A stretch of DNA of 53,335 bases from a virus (lineage: Duplodnaviria; Caudoviricetes): positions 1 to 53,335 of the IMG/VR virus record IMGVR_UViG_3300032326_001284. The stretch is one strand, 5' to 3'. The notes under the pieces were generated by a model. That model was not told the DNA's origin, ran no database searches, and saw only the letters and a program-made list of their open reading frames with translations. How positions within the stretch are numbered: position 1 is the stretch's first letter; every line of letters starts with the position of its first letter. Of the stretch, positions 27,591 through 37,971 are shown in pieces. Both the position numbers and the translations under genes were made by a program.

Positions 27591-27761
27591 ATGGAACACT
27601 TATTAGTATTTGGGATTATGTTCGTAGTCGTTGGATTAATTTCTTGGCGATGGGTTGTCGGTATTGATTATATGCAGAAAAATCATCCGGATTATAAGGG
27701 GGAAGACTTTCTCGATTGGGGGGATGAAGATAATGAAGATGATAAGAACCAAATTATGTAA
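27591..27761 (+). CDS. Small membrane protein (absent from the ORF track)
   Basis: Transmembrane segment then GIDYMQKNHPDYKGEDF. Confidence 0.55.
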   Translation: MEHLLVFGIMFVVVGLISWRWVVGIDYMQKNHPDYKGEDFLDWGDEDNEDDKNQIM

Positions 27762-27792
27762 ATAAACTGATGGTTTATTATATTTATAATAG

Positions 27793-30780
27793 ATGAAAAT
27801 TACTTTAACCGAAGACCAAATTGCTACAATTAGAGCAAAAATATCTAAAAGCACCCTTAACGAGGACTTCCTTGACGATTTAATATCAAAGGGTAGCAAC
27901 TTTGTAAATAAAGGTATTGAAGCTGGAAAAGAATTTATTTCTGGTTTAGAATTTCCGGTTGAAAAAAAGTCGGAAGATGTTCCAGGGACCGCTGATTTTA
28001 TTAGCGAAAACGTTGACGACTTCTTCAATATATTAAAAAGTATTGACACGCCACTTACACAACAGAAATTGGGTACCATGGTTCACCAACAAGGTGTGGA
28101 AGCTGTTCAAATTGGTTTACAAATATTAGGGTATGAATTACCTAGATTTGGTACGGATGGATTGTTTGGCCCTGAGACAGCGGCAGCCGTTAAGAAATAT
28201 AAACAAGATAAAAGTATTATAAACGAAAGTTCCATACCTGGTATTGATGAAATGGTGTGGAATAAAATGCCATGGGGTATTGATGCGGGTAAAAAACAAC
28301 CTGGCATTAAATGGGCTAACCATGATACTCATATTCATTTTGGATTTACAAATGCCGAGGTTGCTGTTAAAGTAATTGAAAAAGCTAAAGAATTGGGATT
28401 ACACGCTGGTGAAAACCCATACTCAGCTAAAGTACATCCAGTGCATGTGGATGATAGTCATCATTATAAAACGTTCAATCAAACTATAAATGGTAAAAAA
28501 GTAGGCGGTGGACTAGACGTTAGTGGAAATTCCCAAAAAATGGCGGAATTATTTAATTGGGTTTCAACCACATTAGGGGATGGTGGTTCAGTTACTATGG
28601 ATACATCATATGTTGACGGATCTGATAGTTCAACAATGGAAACCATAACACCAAAAATGGCTGAACAAATGGTTCAAGATCTATCATCTAAAGGTGTAAC
28701 ATCCGATGAACTTAAAAAATATATTGACCCAGCAGTTTCTTCTGGGGGTGCTGCATCATTTACTGATATTGATTTAAATACAAATGAAGGTAAAGAAGCA
28801 TACGCAAGAATTTGTCAAAACTATATTGATTCTAGAGATCCAAATGCTAAGGTAAATGGTAAGATGATGGCTGATAGTGCAGCAAATGCATTTAAAACAT
28901 ATAGAAAATATGTTCCACCTGAATTAGCATTGGCCCAATTAACTTTAGAAGGTGGTATTGGTGCTGACGATACTAGTAGACCAATGAAAACCAAAAACCC
29001 ATTTAATGTTGGAAATACCGATAAACCATATCGTGACAACTATCAACCTACTTTTGAAGCGGGTGTAGATCTTTATTATAGTCTTATCGCTAGAAAATAT
29101 TTAGTTAAAGGTAAAACAGCTAGTGATTTAGTTAATGATTTTAGAAATTCTGCAGGTAATCACTATGCTAAACCTGGTGCATATGAAGCAGGATTAAAAA
29201 CATTATTGAATAGCATTAGAAGAAGAAATGCTTCAGTATATGCAGAATTAGCAAAACAAAATACTCAATCGGTAACCGAATCATTATTGTTAGAAGCGGA
29301 TAAGAGACAAGCAATTATGAATGCCTTTGGTTTAAACCAATGGTGGGCTGATGAGTTTCATAGAATGAGTGATAAACTTTCTATTTGGATTGCTGATACA
29401 TTTATTAAAGATTGGTCTAGCAAATCACAAGAGTTAGATAAAAAAGAAATTATATCCACGCTTAATAGACAACCAAACAATTTTGCTTGGAATGGTAGAG
29501 ATGGTTATAAAGAAAAGTATGAATACATTCTACACTGGATTCGTGCACCAAGAAGAGAACCATTGAACATAAGGGCGTTATCATTCGAAGAAGCATATCA
29601 ACAAGCACAAGAGTGGCATGAGAGTTTAAATTATAAAACACAATCTGATTATAACGAGACTGGTGATGTGTTTATTGATTACAGAAATGAAAGTGGGCAA
29701 GGTTACTATTGGGTGCACTTACACAAAAACTATTGTGGTGAGGAAGCCGATAGAATGGGTCACTGTGCAAGATCAAATAACGGGCAATTAATTTCATTTA
29801 GAAGAATAAACGAATTTGGTGAGGGGTCTTCATTATTAACAGTTGACTACAGACCAGGTGGTATCATTGGTGATTTCCATAGACATGGTAATAACAAACC
29901 TACTGCTCGTTTTCATCCACAAATTATTGACTTTCTTACTAATACAACATATCCTGTTACACAGTTAACACGTGAAGGTGTACACAGATATGAAGATAAT
30001 TTCCAATTAGCTGATTTAACTCCAGCTCAAAGAGAAAGCGTTTATGCAAGAAATCAATCATTAAAATATAACATAAATGATCCTGAATCAGTTGTTAATA
30101 TTGTTAATGCGATTTTAGGTGGAGATATTAATTTGAATCAATATCGTGGCGCTGATTTAGTGAAATTAATTAAGAAAGCTAAATCAATTAACAAGGCTGA
30201 TGAACTTAAACAACTCTTTAATAAGCAAACAGTTATTAATTACTATGAAAATCCATCAAGAGATACTAAAGACAATGTAGCATTCTTTAATGAGTTTAGT
30301 GATTTGATAAACGAACATCTAATAGATAAAATAAATGAGCAGAAAGCTAGAGGTAATGGTATGCACATGTTCCAAGATATTTTACGTAACATATCACAAA
30401 ACTTTTTTGAAGCATATCAATCATTCTGTGGGGTAATTGATTTTGGATTTAACGAATTTCCAGATAGACATGCTGAGATATTAGGTGGTAGAGCAATTAA
30501 AAGAACGATACTTTCTTGTACAAACTCTGTTGAATTCTTACATAGATACGTGGACAACAAACCTACAGATAGAAATGGTAATATGGCCGTTAAAACAGAA
30601 GAAGGTTTATGGGGTCTAGTTAACCAGAGTGGTGAAACTGTATTGTTACCAGCATTTTATGGAATCGTCGTTAACCCACGTGATAAATCAGGAAAAACAT
30701 ATCAGGTTGTAAATGCAAACAGAGATATGTTCGTACTTGATATTGAAAGTGGTGACGTTAAAAAATTAGCCAGAAAATAA
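27793..30780 (+). CDS. Multidomain virion-associated muralytic protein (PG-binding, His-rich peptidase-like, GH73/lysozyme-like, PcfJ-like, WG repeat)
   Basis: DGLFGPETAAAV; HDTHIH; ALAQ..LEGG...NPFNVG; EADRMGHCA; WGLVN..GE; TATTTATA upstream. Confidence 0.7.
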   Translation: MKITLTEDQIATIRAKISKSTLNEDFLDDLISKGSNFVNKGIEAGKEFISGLEFPVEKKSEDVPGTADFISENVDDFFNILKSIDTPLTQQKLGTMVHQQGVEAVQIGLQILGYELPRFGTDGLFGPETAAAVKKYKQDKSIINESSIPGIDEMVWNKMPWGIDAGKKQPGIKWANHDTHIHFGFTNAEVAVKVIEKAKELGLHAGENPYSAKVHPVHVDDSHHYKTFNQTINGKKVGGGLDVSGNSQKMAELFNWVSTTLGDGGSVTMDTSYVDGSDSSTMETITPKMAEQMVQDLSSKGVTSDELKKYIDPAVSSGGAASFTDIDLNTNEGKEAYARICQNYIDSRDPNAKVNGKMMADSAANAFKTYRKYVPPELALAQLTLEGGIGADDTSRPMKTKNPFNVGNTDKPYRDNYQPTFEAGVDLYYSLIARKYLVKGKTASDLVNDFRNSAGNHYAKPGAYEAGLKTLLNSIRRRNASVYAELAKQNTQSVTESLLLEADKRQAIMNAFGLNQWWADEFHRMSDKLSIWIADTFIKDWSSKSQELDKKEIISTLNRQPNNFAWNGRDGYKEKYEYILHWIRAPRREPLNIRALSFEEAYQQAQEWHESLNYKTQSDYNETGDVFIDYRNESGQGYYWVHLHKNYCGEEADRMGHCARSNNGQLISFRRINEFGEGSSLLTVDYRPGGIIGDFHRHGNNKPTARFHPQIIDFLTNTTYPVTQLTREGVHRYEDNFQLADLTPAQRESVYARNQSLKYNINDPESVVNIVNAILGGDINLNQYRGADLVKLIKKAKSINKADELKQLFNKQTVINYYENPSRDTKDNVAFFNEFSDLINEHLIDKINEQKARGNGMHMFQDILRNISQNFFEAYQSFCGVIDFGFNEFPDRHAEILGGRAIKRTILSCTNSVEFLHRYVDNKPTDRNGNMAVKTEEGLWGLVNQSGETVLLPAFYGIVVNPRDKSGKTYQVVNANRDMFVLDIESGDVKKLARK

Positions 30781-31329
30781 TTATTGATTTTCTTGATCAG
30801 GACTAAATCCATAAAGTTCATGGAACTTTGGATCAATAGCCGATTTATCTACTTTAGAAATAATATTAGATGCGTATAGAGAATTAGCATTAGATGGCAT
30901 AACAATATGTCCATCTTCATGTACTTCCATACCGTCTTGATAAGGGAAACTACCATTGCTTCCATGTATAGTCCAAACTCTTTTTGCTTGGCTAATAAAA
31001 ACATTTTTACACCTCAAGAATTGATTTAAACGATCTTTGGTTGTTTTAGTTTCCCAACCATTAACATCCACTGTGATTATATTAGCGTGATCAATTCTTA
31101 ATATATCGGTTCTGTAATGTCTAATAGCTATATTGTGGTCGTTAATTTTTCTTAAAACTGTCTCATAACCAAGAGGTCTTTGATCTTTTTTACCTAAGTA
31201 ATTGTCCAATGAATCAAAGTCTAAATTTGTACATTTTAGACTAGTTCCGCCCCATTCTTGCATATCTTGGGCTAATTGCTCATCCATTCTTTGAGCTTGG
31301 CTTTCCGTAATAATTAATTTAATTCCCAT
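30781..31329 (-). CDS. Hypothetical protein with KLIITESQ leader
   Basis: Shared leader; GWETKTTKDRLN motif. Confidence 0.7.
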   Translation of the reverse strand: MGIKLIITESQAQRMDEQLAQDMQEWGGTSLKCTNLDFDSLDNYLGKKDQRPLGYETVLRKINDHNIAIRHYRTDILRIDHANIITVDVNGWETKTTKDRLNQFLRCKNVFISQAKRVWTIHGSNGSFPYQDGMEVHEDGHIVMPSNANSLYASNIISKVDKSAIDPKFHELYGFSPDQENQ

Positions 31330-31392
31330 AATATCATAAATATCTAGAATTTTTTTTGTTTTTTAAAGATTATTACATATATTTGATAGCAT

Positions 31393-31869
31393 ATGGCAAC
31401 TAAACAAGAATTTAAGATATATTGTGACATGGACGGGGTCCTTGTCAACTTTGATAAGGGATATTTCCAATTGACTGGTATTGATTCTACCGAAGATTTA
31501 CCTAATAACCATACGTTTTGGGACCCGATAAACAAAGCCGGGTACGATTTTTGGTTTAATCTTGAATGGATGCCAGACGGTAAAAGGTTATGGAAGTATA
31601 TTTCAAAGTATAATCCAGAACTACTATCCGCACCATCTCGTCAAGAAGATTCAAGAGTTGCAAAACACGATTGGGTTAATAAAGAATTACCCGGCGTGCA
31701 TTTGATTTTAAGAAGTGCAAAAAACAAAAAAGAGTTTGCAGCGCCAAAATCTATTTTAATAGATGATAGAATAGCAAACATTAATGATTGGAGAGAAGCT
31801 GGTGGAATTGCTATTCATCATGTTAATACGAAACACACTATTGATCAACTAAAAAGTTTAGGGTTATGA
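31393..31869 (+). CDS. 5'(3')-deoxyribonucleotidase-like HAD phosphatase
   Basis: DMDGVL, LIDD and W..AGG motifs; TTTG-N19-TATATTTG promoter at 31355-31385. Confidence 0.85.
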   Translation: MATKQEFKIYCDMDGVLVNFDKGYFQLTGIDSTEDLPNNHTFWDPINKAGYDFWFNLEWMPDGKRLWKYISKYNPELLSAPSRQEDSRVAKHDWVNKELPGVHLILRSAKNKKEFAAPKSILIDDRIANINDWREAGGIAIHHVNTKHTIDQLKSLGL

Positions 31870-32031
31870 ATTTAGAAACGTACAAGGATAAATTATCCGA
31901 AGAAAGTCTTAAGTGGTTAGAGGAGTATAGAAAGAAACATCCATTCGATGAGAGAAAATATAAATCAGCACATAAAACTTTTAAGAAAATTAAAAGAGAT
32001 AGACAAATGAGTTATTTAAAAAGTACATTAT

Positions 32032-32532
32032 ATGGGAACTAACTATTATAGAATACCTACCGTAGAGGAAATGGAGTCTCGTAAGCAAACTCTTATTGGG
32101 TTTGTTAACAATCTTGAATTGTCTCCTGAGAATATTGAAGGTGGATTTAAATTAATAAGTCCCTCAAAAGATTGGGAATGGTTTTCACCGTGGGAAATGT
32201 TTTTGATGGACACTAACGTTCATCTAGGTAAAAGAAGTTCTGGTTGGAAGTTTTGTTGGAATTTCCATAAAGACAAATATTATCATGATAAAGAAAGTTT
32301 ATTAGAATTTATTCGTTCTGGTAGAGTTGTTGATGAATATGGTGACGAAATGAATGCGGAGGAATTTATCACAATGGCACTTGAATGGGGGCAACCGGAT
32401 GGTTTAGTTGTTAATGAAATATACCGATTACAGCAACGCGCCAAAGGTGCTGGATCTTTCTTTGATAGACCTGAATATGACGATTTAATCATTGATGGTT
32501 TAAGGGTTTCAACATCAACTGAGTTTTGCTAA
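32032..32532 (+). CDS. Conserved phage hypothetical protein
   Basis: MGTNYY...HLGKRS.GW.F...DEYG pattern. Confidence 0.75.
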   Translation: MGTNYYRIPTVEEMESRKQTLIGFVNNLELSPENIEGGFKLISPSKDWEWFSPWEMFLMDTNVHLGKRSSGWKFCWNFHKDKYYHDKESLLEFIRSGRVVDEYGDEMNAEEFITMALEWGQPDGLVVNEIYRLQQRAKGAGSFFDRPEYDDLIIDGLRVSTSTEFC

Positions 32533-32545
32533 AAAAATTTAAATT

Positions 32546-32740
32546 ATGTATATTTTAAAAATAATTGGTATAATACTATTATCATTCATTTTTAGTTTTG
32601 CCATGTGGTATTTGATTTTTTGGTTTGTTACCGCCGAAGATAATTTATTTGCTTGGGGCGGCTGGACCAAAGCGGCCTACTTATTTTTGTCTTTCCTGTC
32701 AATGAGCGGGATTGCAGATGAAACATTTAAAGAATTATAG
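32546..32740 (+). CDS. Small membrane protein
   Basis: Two hydrophobic helices. Confidence 0.6.
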   Translation: MYILKIIGIILLSFIFSFAMWYLIFWFVTAEDNLFAWGGWTKAAYLFLSFLSMSGIADETFKEL

Positions 32741-32741
32741 T

Positions 32742-33395
32742 ATGATAAAAATAGATAACGATATTAAAGCTTGGATAACATCCGACACACATTATAACCA
32801 CACAAACATATGTCGTGGTGTGACTAACTGGAGAATGCCCGATGGATCAATACCAATCGCACAAACAAGGGACTATGAAACTCTTGACAGAATGAATAGT
32901 GCAATTGTAAACAACATCAACGAGGTTGTTGGTCAAGATGATGTGTTAATCCATTTAGGTGATTGGTCATTCGGTGGATTTGAAAACATTGAAGAGTTTC
33001 ACGATAGATTGATTTGCAAGAATATACACTTAGTTCTTGGTAATCACGATCATCATATTGATAAAAATAGAGACAACATAAGAAGCAAGTTTTTATCTGT
33101 TAGTTGGTTTGAACAATTCTCATATCAAGGGGAAACTATTGAAGCGTGTCACTATCCAATATCAAGTTGGAATGGGCTTCGTAAAGGGCGTATTCATGTT
33201 CATGGGCATTGTCATTTACCGATGCACAAGAAGGTCAGCAATGGCAGAAGAATTGATATTGGTATGGATGGTAGCCCAATGTTTAGACCTTACGATTTAA
33301 AAGAATTGATAAAGTCAATGAAGAAATTTCCTATTGGTTCAGAGATGGGAGCTGATGATCATCATATGGATGAAATGTTAAATGTTGATCGATAA
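32742..33395 (+). CDS. Calcineurin-like metallophosphoesterase
   Basis: SDTH, LGD, GNHD, CHYP and HGHCH motifs. Confidence 0.92.
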   Translation: MIKIDNDIKAWITSDTHYNHTNICRGVTNWRMPDGSIPIAQTRDYETLDRMNSAIVNNINEVVGQDDVLIHLGDWSFGGFENIEEFHDRLICKNIHLVLGNHDHHIDKNRDNIRSKFLSVSWFEQFSYQGETIEACHYPISSWNGLRKGRIHVHGHCHLPMHKKVSNGRRIDIGMDGSPMFRPYDLKELIKSMKKFPIGSEMGADDHHMDEMLNVDR

Positions 33396-33553
33396 TTTTT
33401 TTATTTGGAATTAATTAACTATATTAGTTTATAAACATAAAAAAGCATGAAAAAATTATTAGAAAAAATCAGAACATTTTTTGGTAAACTTTTTATTAAA
33501 AAAGTTGACAATAAGCCATACTATCATAACAATAAAAAAACAGATTTTAAAAT

Positions 33554-33943
33554 ATGAAAGAAATAATTAAAAAGGTGTTTAGTAAAAAGGTAACAACACC
33601 AGTATTTGTAATTTTTGGATTCATTGGGATTCTTAACTTTATAGTATTTCCTGGGTTAACAACAGCTGATACTGGATCTAACATTGTTTCGGCGTTACTT
33701 GCTGTTGTTACTTTGGCATTCCTATTTTATTACATTGACAGTTTTAAATTGATGGAACCACCAAAGGTTGAACCTGGTGAAACTGAATTGGATTATATTA
33801 ATCCCGAAGAGTTAACCCCCAAAAGAAAAAGAAATAGTAAACAATTTCCGGAGGTTAAAAGTGAAGAACCGTTTGTAAAAACTAGAAAGAAAAAGAAATC
33901 GGAATTTCCTTTACCACCTCACCATCCAACTAAAAAGAAATAA
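33554..33943 (+). CDS. Membrane protein
   Basis: Two transmembrane segments and a basic tail. Confidence 0.6.
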   Translation: MKEIIKKVFSKKVTTPVFVIFGFIGILNFIVFPGLTTADTGSNIVSALLAVVTLAFLFYYIDSFKLMEPPKVEPGETELDYINPEELTPKRKRNSKQFPEVKSEEPFVKTRKKKKSEFPLPPHHPTKKK

Positions 33944-33944
33944 T

Positions 33945-34211
33945 ATGGCAAGATTTAGAAAAAAACCTGTAGTAATAGATGCGGTACAATATGATGGTAA
34001 TTTTAGAAGTTTAGATTGCTTCTCAATTAACGAAGTGTCGCATTTTATTGTTTCAAAAGATTCAGAAGGTAATCAGTGTATTAAGATACCAACATTGGAA
34101 GGTGAAATGATTGCATCAATTGGTGATTACATCATTAGAGGTGTGCAAGGTGAATACTATCCATGTAAACCTGACATTTTTGAAATGACTTACGAAATTG
34201 TAGAAAATTAA
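33945..34211 (+). CDS. Conserved phage protein (KKPVVI..GDYII..YPCKPDIF family)
   Basis: Family motif recognised. Confidence 0.8.
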   Translation: MARFRKKPVVIDAVQYDGNFRSLDCFSINEVSHFIVSKDSEGNQCIKIPTLEGEMIASIGDYIIRGVQGEYYPCKPDIFEMTYEIVEN

Positions 34212-34223
34212 AAACAAAACAAT

Positions 34224-35138
34224 ATGGCTTTCGAATCATTTGAAGAACGATACGCCCGCCAAGAAAAAGAGCGGGAACAATTAAAATTAGAACAACAATT
34301 AAAAAAACAAAAACTCATGAAAACAATTGGTGCTGCGGTATTAGGATTTTTTACATTAACTTTTTTATTTTTCTCGTGTGAGAGAATTGATGCTGGTCAC
34401 GTAGGTGTTAAAGTTAATCAGTATGGTGATAATAAAGGTGTGGATGATGTTGTTGCGGTTACCGGTATGGTATTCTATAATCCATTTACTACTACAGTTT
34501 ACGAGTTCCCAACGTTTATTCAACACAAAGAATATAAAGGTGAAAATTCATTCGTTGTAAATAGTAAAGACGGTTCTGAATTTAGTGTGTCACCTATCAT
34601 GAACTACTCAGTTCAACGAGATAAGGTACCAGCAATTTTCAGTAAGTATCGAAGACCGCTAGAAGATATTGAAGAGGGGTTCTTAAAGACAGCAGTATAT
34701 GATGCGTTCAGATTAGCCACTAACAAATATACAGCAGATGAATTGATTTCAAACAGAGCTGTATTTGAAATTGAAGTTCGTAGATTATTAGATGGTCAAT
34801 TATTAAAAGAAGGGTTTGTTATTAATCAGTTTACATCTAATTTGATTTATCCTGAAACGTTTAAGAAATCAATTGAGGCTAAGAACAATGCAGTTCAAGC
34901 AGCATTGAGAGCGGAAAATGAGGTTAAGACAGCAGAAGCTCAAGCTAAGATCAAAGTAGCAACAGCTGAAGGTAATGCTCAAGCAATGCTAACATCAGCA
35001 AAAGCAGAAGCAGAATCAAATAGAATGAAACAACAAACGTTAACACCATTGTTGTTGCAACTAGAATATATTAATAAATGGGATGGTAAGCTGCCAGTAT
35101 ATGGTACTGCGCCAATGTTATATAAACCCGTTAACTAA
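34224..35138 (+). CDS. SPFH/band-7/prohibitin family protein
   Basis: Transmembrane segment, GHVGV, AEA-rich coiled coil, KWDGKLP. Confidence 0.92.
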   Translation: MAFESFEERYARQEKEREQLKLEQQLKKQKLMKTIGAAVLGFFTLTFLFFSCERIDAGHVGVKVNQYGDNKGVDDVVAVTGMVFYNPFTTTVYEFPTFIQHKEYKGENSFVVNSKDGSEFSVSPIMNYSVQRDKVPAIFSKYRRPLEDIEEGFLKTAVYDAFRLATNKYTADELISNRAVFEIEVRRLLDGQLLKEGFVINQFTSNLIYPETFKKSIEAKNNAVQAALRAENEVKTAEAQAKIKVATAEGNAQAMLTSAKAEAESNRMKQQTLTPLLLQLEYINKWDGKLPVYGTAPMLYKPVN

Positions 35139-35166
35139 TTTTATTAATTAGCATCAGTTATTTAAT

Positions 35167-35196
35167 AACCCCGGATTTTATCTGGGGTTTATTTTA
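35167..35196 (+). terminator. Intrinsic terminator
   Basis: AACCCCGGA-TTTTA-TCTGGGGTT followed by a T-rich tract. Confidence 0.7.
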
Positions 35197-35221
35197 TTAA
35201 AAAAGCTATTTATATTAAGAT

Positions 35222-36328
35222 ATGAGTGGAAATAAAATCGGGTGTTATAAACCCTGGGCGACATTATATTTTGAAAATAGCAGTAACAATGCTGGACCAT
35301 GCTGTTGGTTAACAGGACCAGAGTATGGTAAATTAAATAACGATTCTAATCTTAGTGACGTATGGGGAACCGACGCGTGGGAAAAGCTTAGAAGAGATAT
35401 GTACGAAGCTGATGGTGGATTACCAACACAGTGTCGTTTATATTGTAATGGTAAACAGACATATGTGAACCCATTATATCAGCAGTCCGTTATTGAATGG
35501 GCTATGAATGATAAGAGATGGGAGTTACCCCCACAAGGTTTAGCATTAACGGTTGCAAATGCTTGCAATCTAAAATGTAAGTTATGTTGGATATTTGATG
35601 ACTTCGATTATGTTATCCCAATGGAAGGAGCTGAAAGAGTTATTAAACAAATTAGAGAGTCTGTTATTCCTGGTCAGGATCATAAATTTGCAATGAATCT
35701 CGCAGGTGGTGAGGTGTTCTATGCCAAGCCAATGAGAAAGTTGGTCTACCAATTTGCTGAAGATCCAACCCTTGGTGATGAGTTCCAATTTGGATTCATA
35801 ACAAACTCAACAGTGTATGAAGAGAAGTGGTGGGACCTTATTAAAAATAAAAGACACGCTATCTGTGAGTATGTGACATCAGTCGATGGTTGGGATGCTG
35901 AAAGTTATAAGAACTATAGAGGTAGAGATATGTTTGATCAAGTTCTTACCAACGTTGATAAAGTAATCAAGTGGAGAGATGATCATATGGATACACATGG
36001 ATATTTTAACATCTTTATCAACTCACTGATAATGACAAAGACATATCCACATCTAAAAGATATTATTGATCTGTGGTGGAATAGAAATGTTAAACTACAA
36101 TTCATACCACTTATTGTACATTATAAGCCAGATGATTCTGAACAAGTATATAACATACCTGGAGTAAGAGAGGACTGTTTGGTTAAATTAAATGAGGCGT
36201 TAGATTATATTAATTCAAAAGAAATTACTGTTTGGTATCAAGAAGAAAACAGAAATTCAATTATTAGATCCCTTACAGATAACATTGAATATTTGGATAA
36301 TCTTATCAAGGGATCACAAACACGATGA
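35222..36328 (+). CDS. Radical SAM protein with N-terminal SPASM/twitch-like domain
   Basis: CYKPW..PCC..C..C before CNLKCKLC; GGEV and SVDG motifs. Confidence 0.88.
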   Translation: MSGNKIGCYKPWATLYFENSSNNAGPCCWLTGPEYGKLNNDSNLSDVWGTDAWEKLRRDMYEADGGLPTQCRLYCNGKQTYVNPLYQQSVIEWAMNDKRWELPPQGLALTVANACNLKCKLCWIFDDFDYVIPMEGAERVIKQIRESVIPGQDHKFAMNLAGGEVFYAKPMRKLVYQFAEDPTLGDEFQFGFITNSTVYEEKWWDLIKNKRHAICEYVTSVDGWDAESYKNYRGRDMFDQVLTNVDKVIKWRDDHMDTHGYFNIFINSLIMTKTYPHLKDIIDLWWNRNVKLQFIPLIVHYKPDDSEQVYNIPGVREDCLVKLNEALDYINSKEITVWYQEENRNSIIRSLTDNIEYLDNLIKGSQTR

Positions 36329-36903
36329 GGGTCTTAGTCTATTCAACACAGAGATGTGGAAGCACGGCTGTTATGCATTGGATATCAAAAGAATTGGATC
36401 TAACTCCTGTGTTTGAACCATTTATACCTTGTGGTGAAGAAGACTATCGACGTTATAATAATAATTGGATAAATGATTTGGATACTTTCAATAGATTAAA
36501 ACATATTGTTGCTAAAGTTATTCATTACAATTTAGATGAAATTATTCACAAAGATAATATTGAAAGAGATTTTTTTTCTAAGTTTGATAGGGTTATTGTT
36601 ATTTATAGAGAAAATATAAGAGATCAAGCAGAAAGTTTATTGATAGCCGCTAAACGAAAAATATCATTTGGTGAATATAATTTAAAAAAAGAATTATCTG
36701 ATTTAAATCCAGATCATATTGAGGAGACATCTAATATTATGTTAGAACAGACGGAATCTTTACTATCATATAACAATTGTTTTAAGATAACCTATGAGGA
36801 TATTTTTATTAGAAAAGATTACAATAAACTTATTGAGTACCTAGGTATAGATGAACCAAAACATTTAGATCTATTTAATCCTAAAAACAAATACGGAAAG
36901 TAG
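36325..36903 (+). CDS. Sulfotransferase-like P-loop protein
   Basis: QRCGST, EPF, R....QA.S and YED motifs. Confidence 0.7.
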   Translation: MRVLVYSTQRCGSTAVMHWISKELDLTPVFEPFIPCGEEDYRRYNNNWINDLDTFNRLKHIVAKVIHYNLDEIIHKDNIERDFFSKFDRVIVIYRENIRDQAESLLIAAKRKISFGEYNLKKELSDLNPDHIEETSNIMLEQTESLLSYNNCFKITYEDIFIRKDYNKLIEYLGIDEPKHLDLFNPKNKYGK

Positions 36904-36952
36904 ATTTTGTAATGTGGGTTTAAAATGTTATATTAAATAAAAAGAAACCGTA

Positions 36953-37423
36953 ATGACAAAAATTAGCATTTACTTAGATGATATAAGAACCCCAACAATT
37001 GAAGGGTGGAAAGTAGTCAGAAACTATGATGAGTTCGTAAGCACAGTAATGCATCATGGGCTAGAAAATATTGAGGTGATATCCTTGGATCATGATCTTG
37101 GTGACCAGGCAATGGTAGAATATTATACTAATGTTAAAAATAATTACCAACTTGACTACTCAAACATTCAAGAAAAAACTGGTTATGATTGTTGTAAGTA
37201 CTTGGTTTCCAAGAGCATGGAGACCGGAATTCCATTACCACAAATCTATGTACACTCTGCGAATCCAATAGGTAGCGCTAATATGATGGGGTATATTAAT
37301 AACTACTTCATGAATTCTAGGCTCCCTCAGACCTGTGTTAGAGTCAATATTCCTCACATAATAGAAGAAACTTTACAGTTGTCTCCAGAAGCTAGAAAAG
37401 CTAAATGGGATAGATCAAAATAA
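36953..37423 (+). CDS. Cyclic-phosphate-processing receiver domain protein
   Basis: YLDD.R, SLDHDLG, TGYD and HSANP.G motifs. Confidence 0.85.
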   Translation: MTKISIYLDDIRTPTIEGWKVVRNYDEFVSTVMHHGLENIEVISLDHDLGDQAMVEYYTNVKNNYQLDYSNIQEKTGYDCCKYLVSKSMETGIPLPQIYVHSANPIGSANMMGYINNYFMNSRLPQTCVRVNIPHIIEETLQLSPEARKAKWDRSK

Positions 37424-37490
37424 TTTTCTTTATTTATTTTTTTTATTAAAAAAGTTTTAATATTTTTACACTCGAAAGATATTCACATTC

Positions 37491-37955
37491 ATGAAGAAAA
37501 GCGTCATTGATAATAAAGCCTTGTTTGTAAAGTACCAAATTCCGTTCGAAGATGCAACGGATGAGTCTATATATGTCAAGACTAAAAATTGTCAATACGA
37601 AATTGATTTGAATACTTTTGCCAATAACAAATTTATTTTTAGGGTTTTAAATCTAACAAAAAAAACATCAAAGTTTGTTTCAAAAGACACATTCTTTAGG
37701 CTGATGTGTGATCACTTTAAATTACCCTTTGAACATTGGGATAAGTCAGTTAAAGATCAAGAATTAACAGCAACAAAAGAATCGCCGAAAGAAATTATTA
37801 TTGGTGAAATATACACAACAACTTGGGCCAAGCCATTTGCGGTGTGGAAACTTAAAGACATTATCGGTGAAACGGATGTTGTTTTAACATCACCAAAAAC
37901 TGGTGTGGATTTAACTTCAAAGCTTTCCGAATTAAGAGTGTGGGCAAACAGATAA
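37491..37955 (+). CDS. Hypothetical protein
   Basis: 154-aa ORF. Confidence 0.65.
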   Translation: MKKSVIDNKALFVKYQIPFEDATDESIYVKTKNCQYEIDLNTFANNKFIFRVLNLTKKTSKFVSKDTFFRLMCDHFKLPFEHWDKSVKDQELTATKESPKEIIIGEIYTTTWAKPFAVWKLKDIIGETDVVLTSPKTGVDLTSKLSELRVWANR

Positions 37956-37971
37956 AATTAAAATTACAAAT

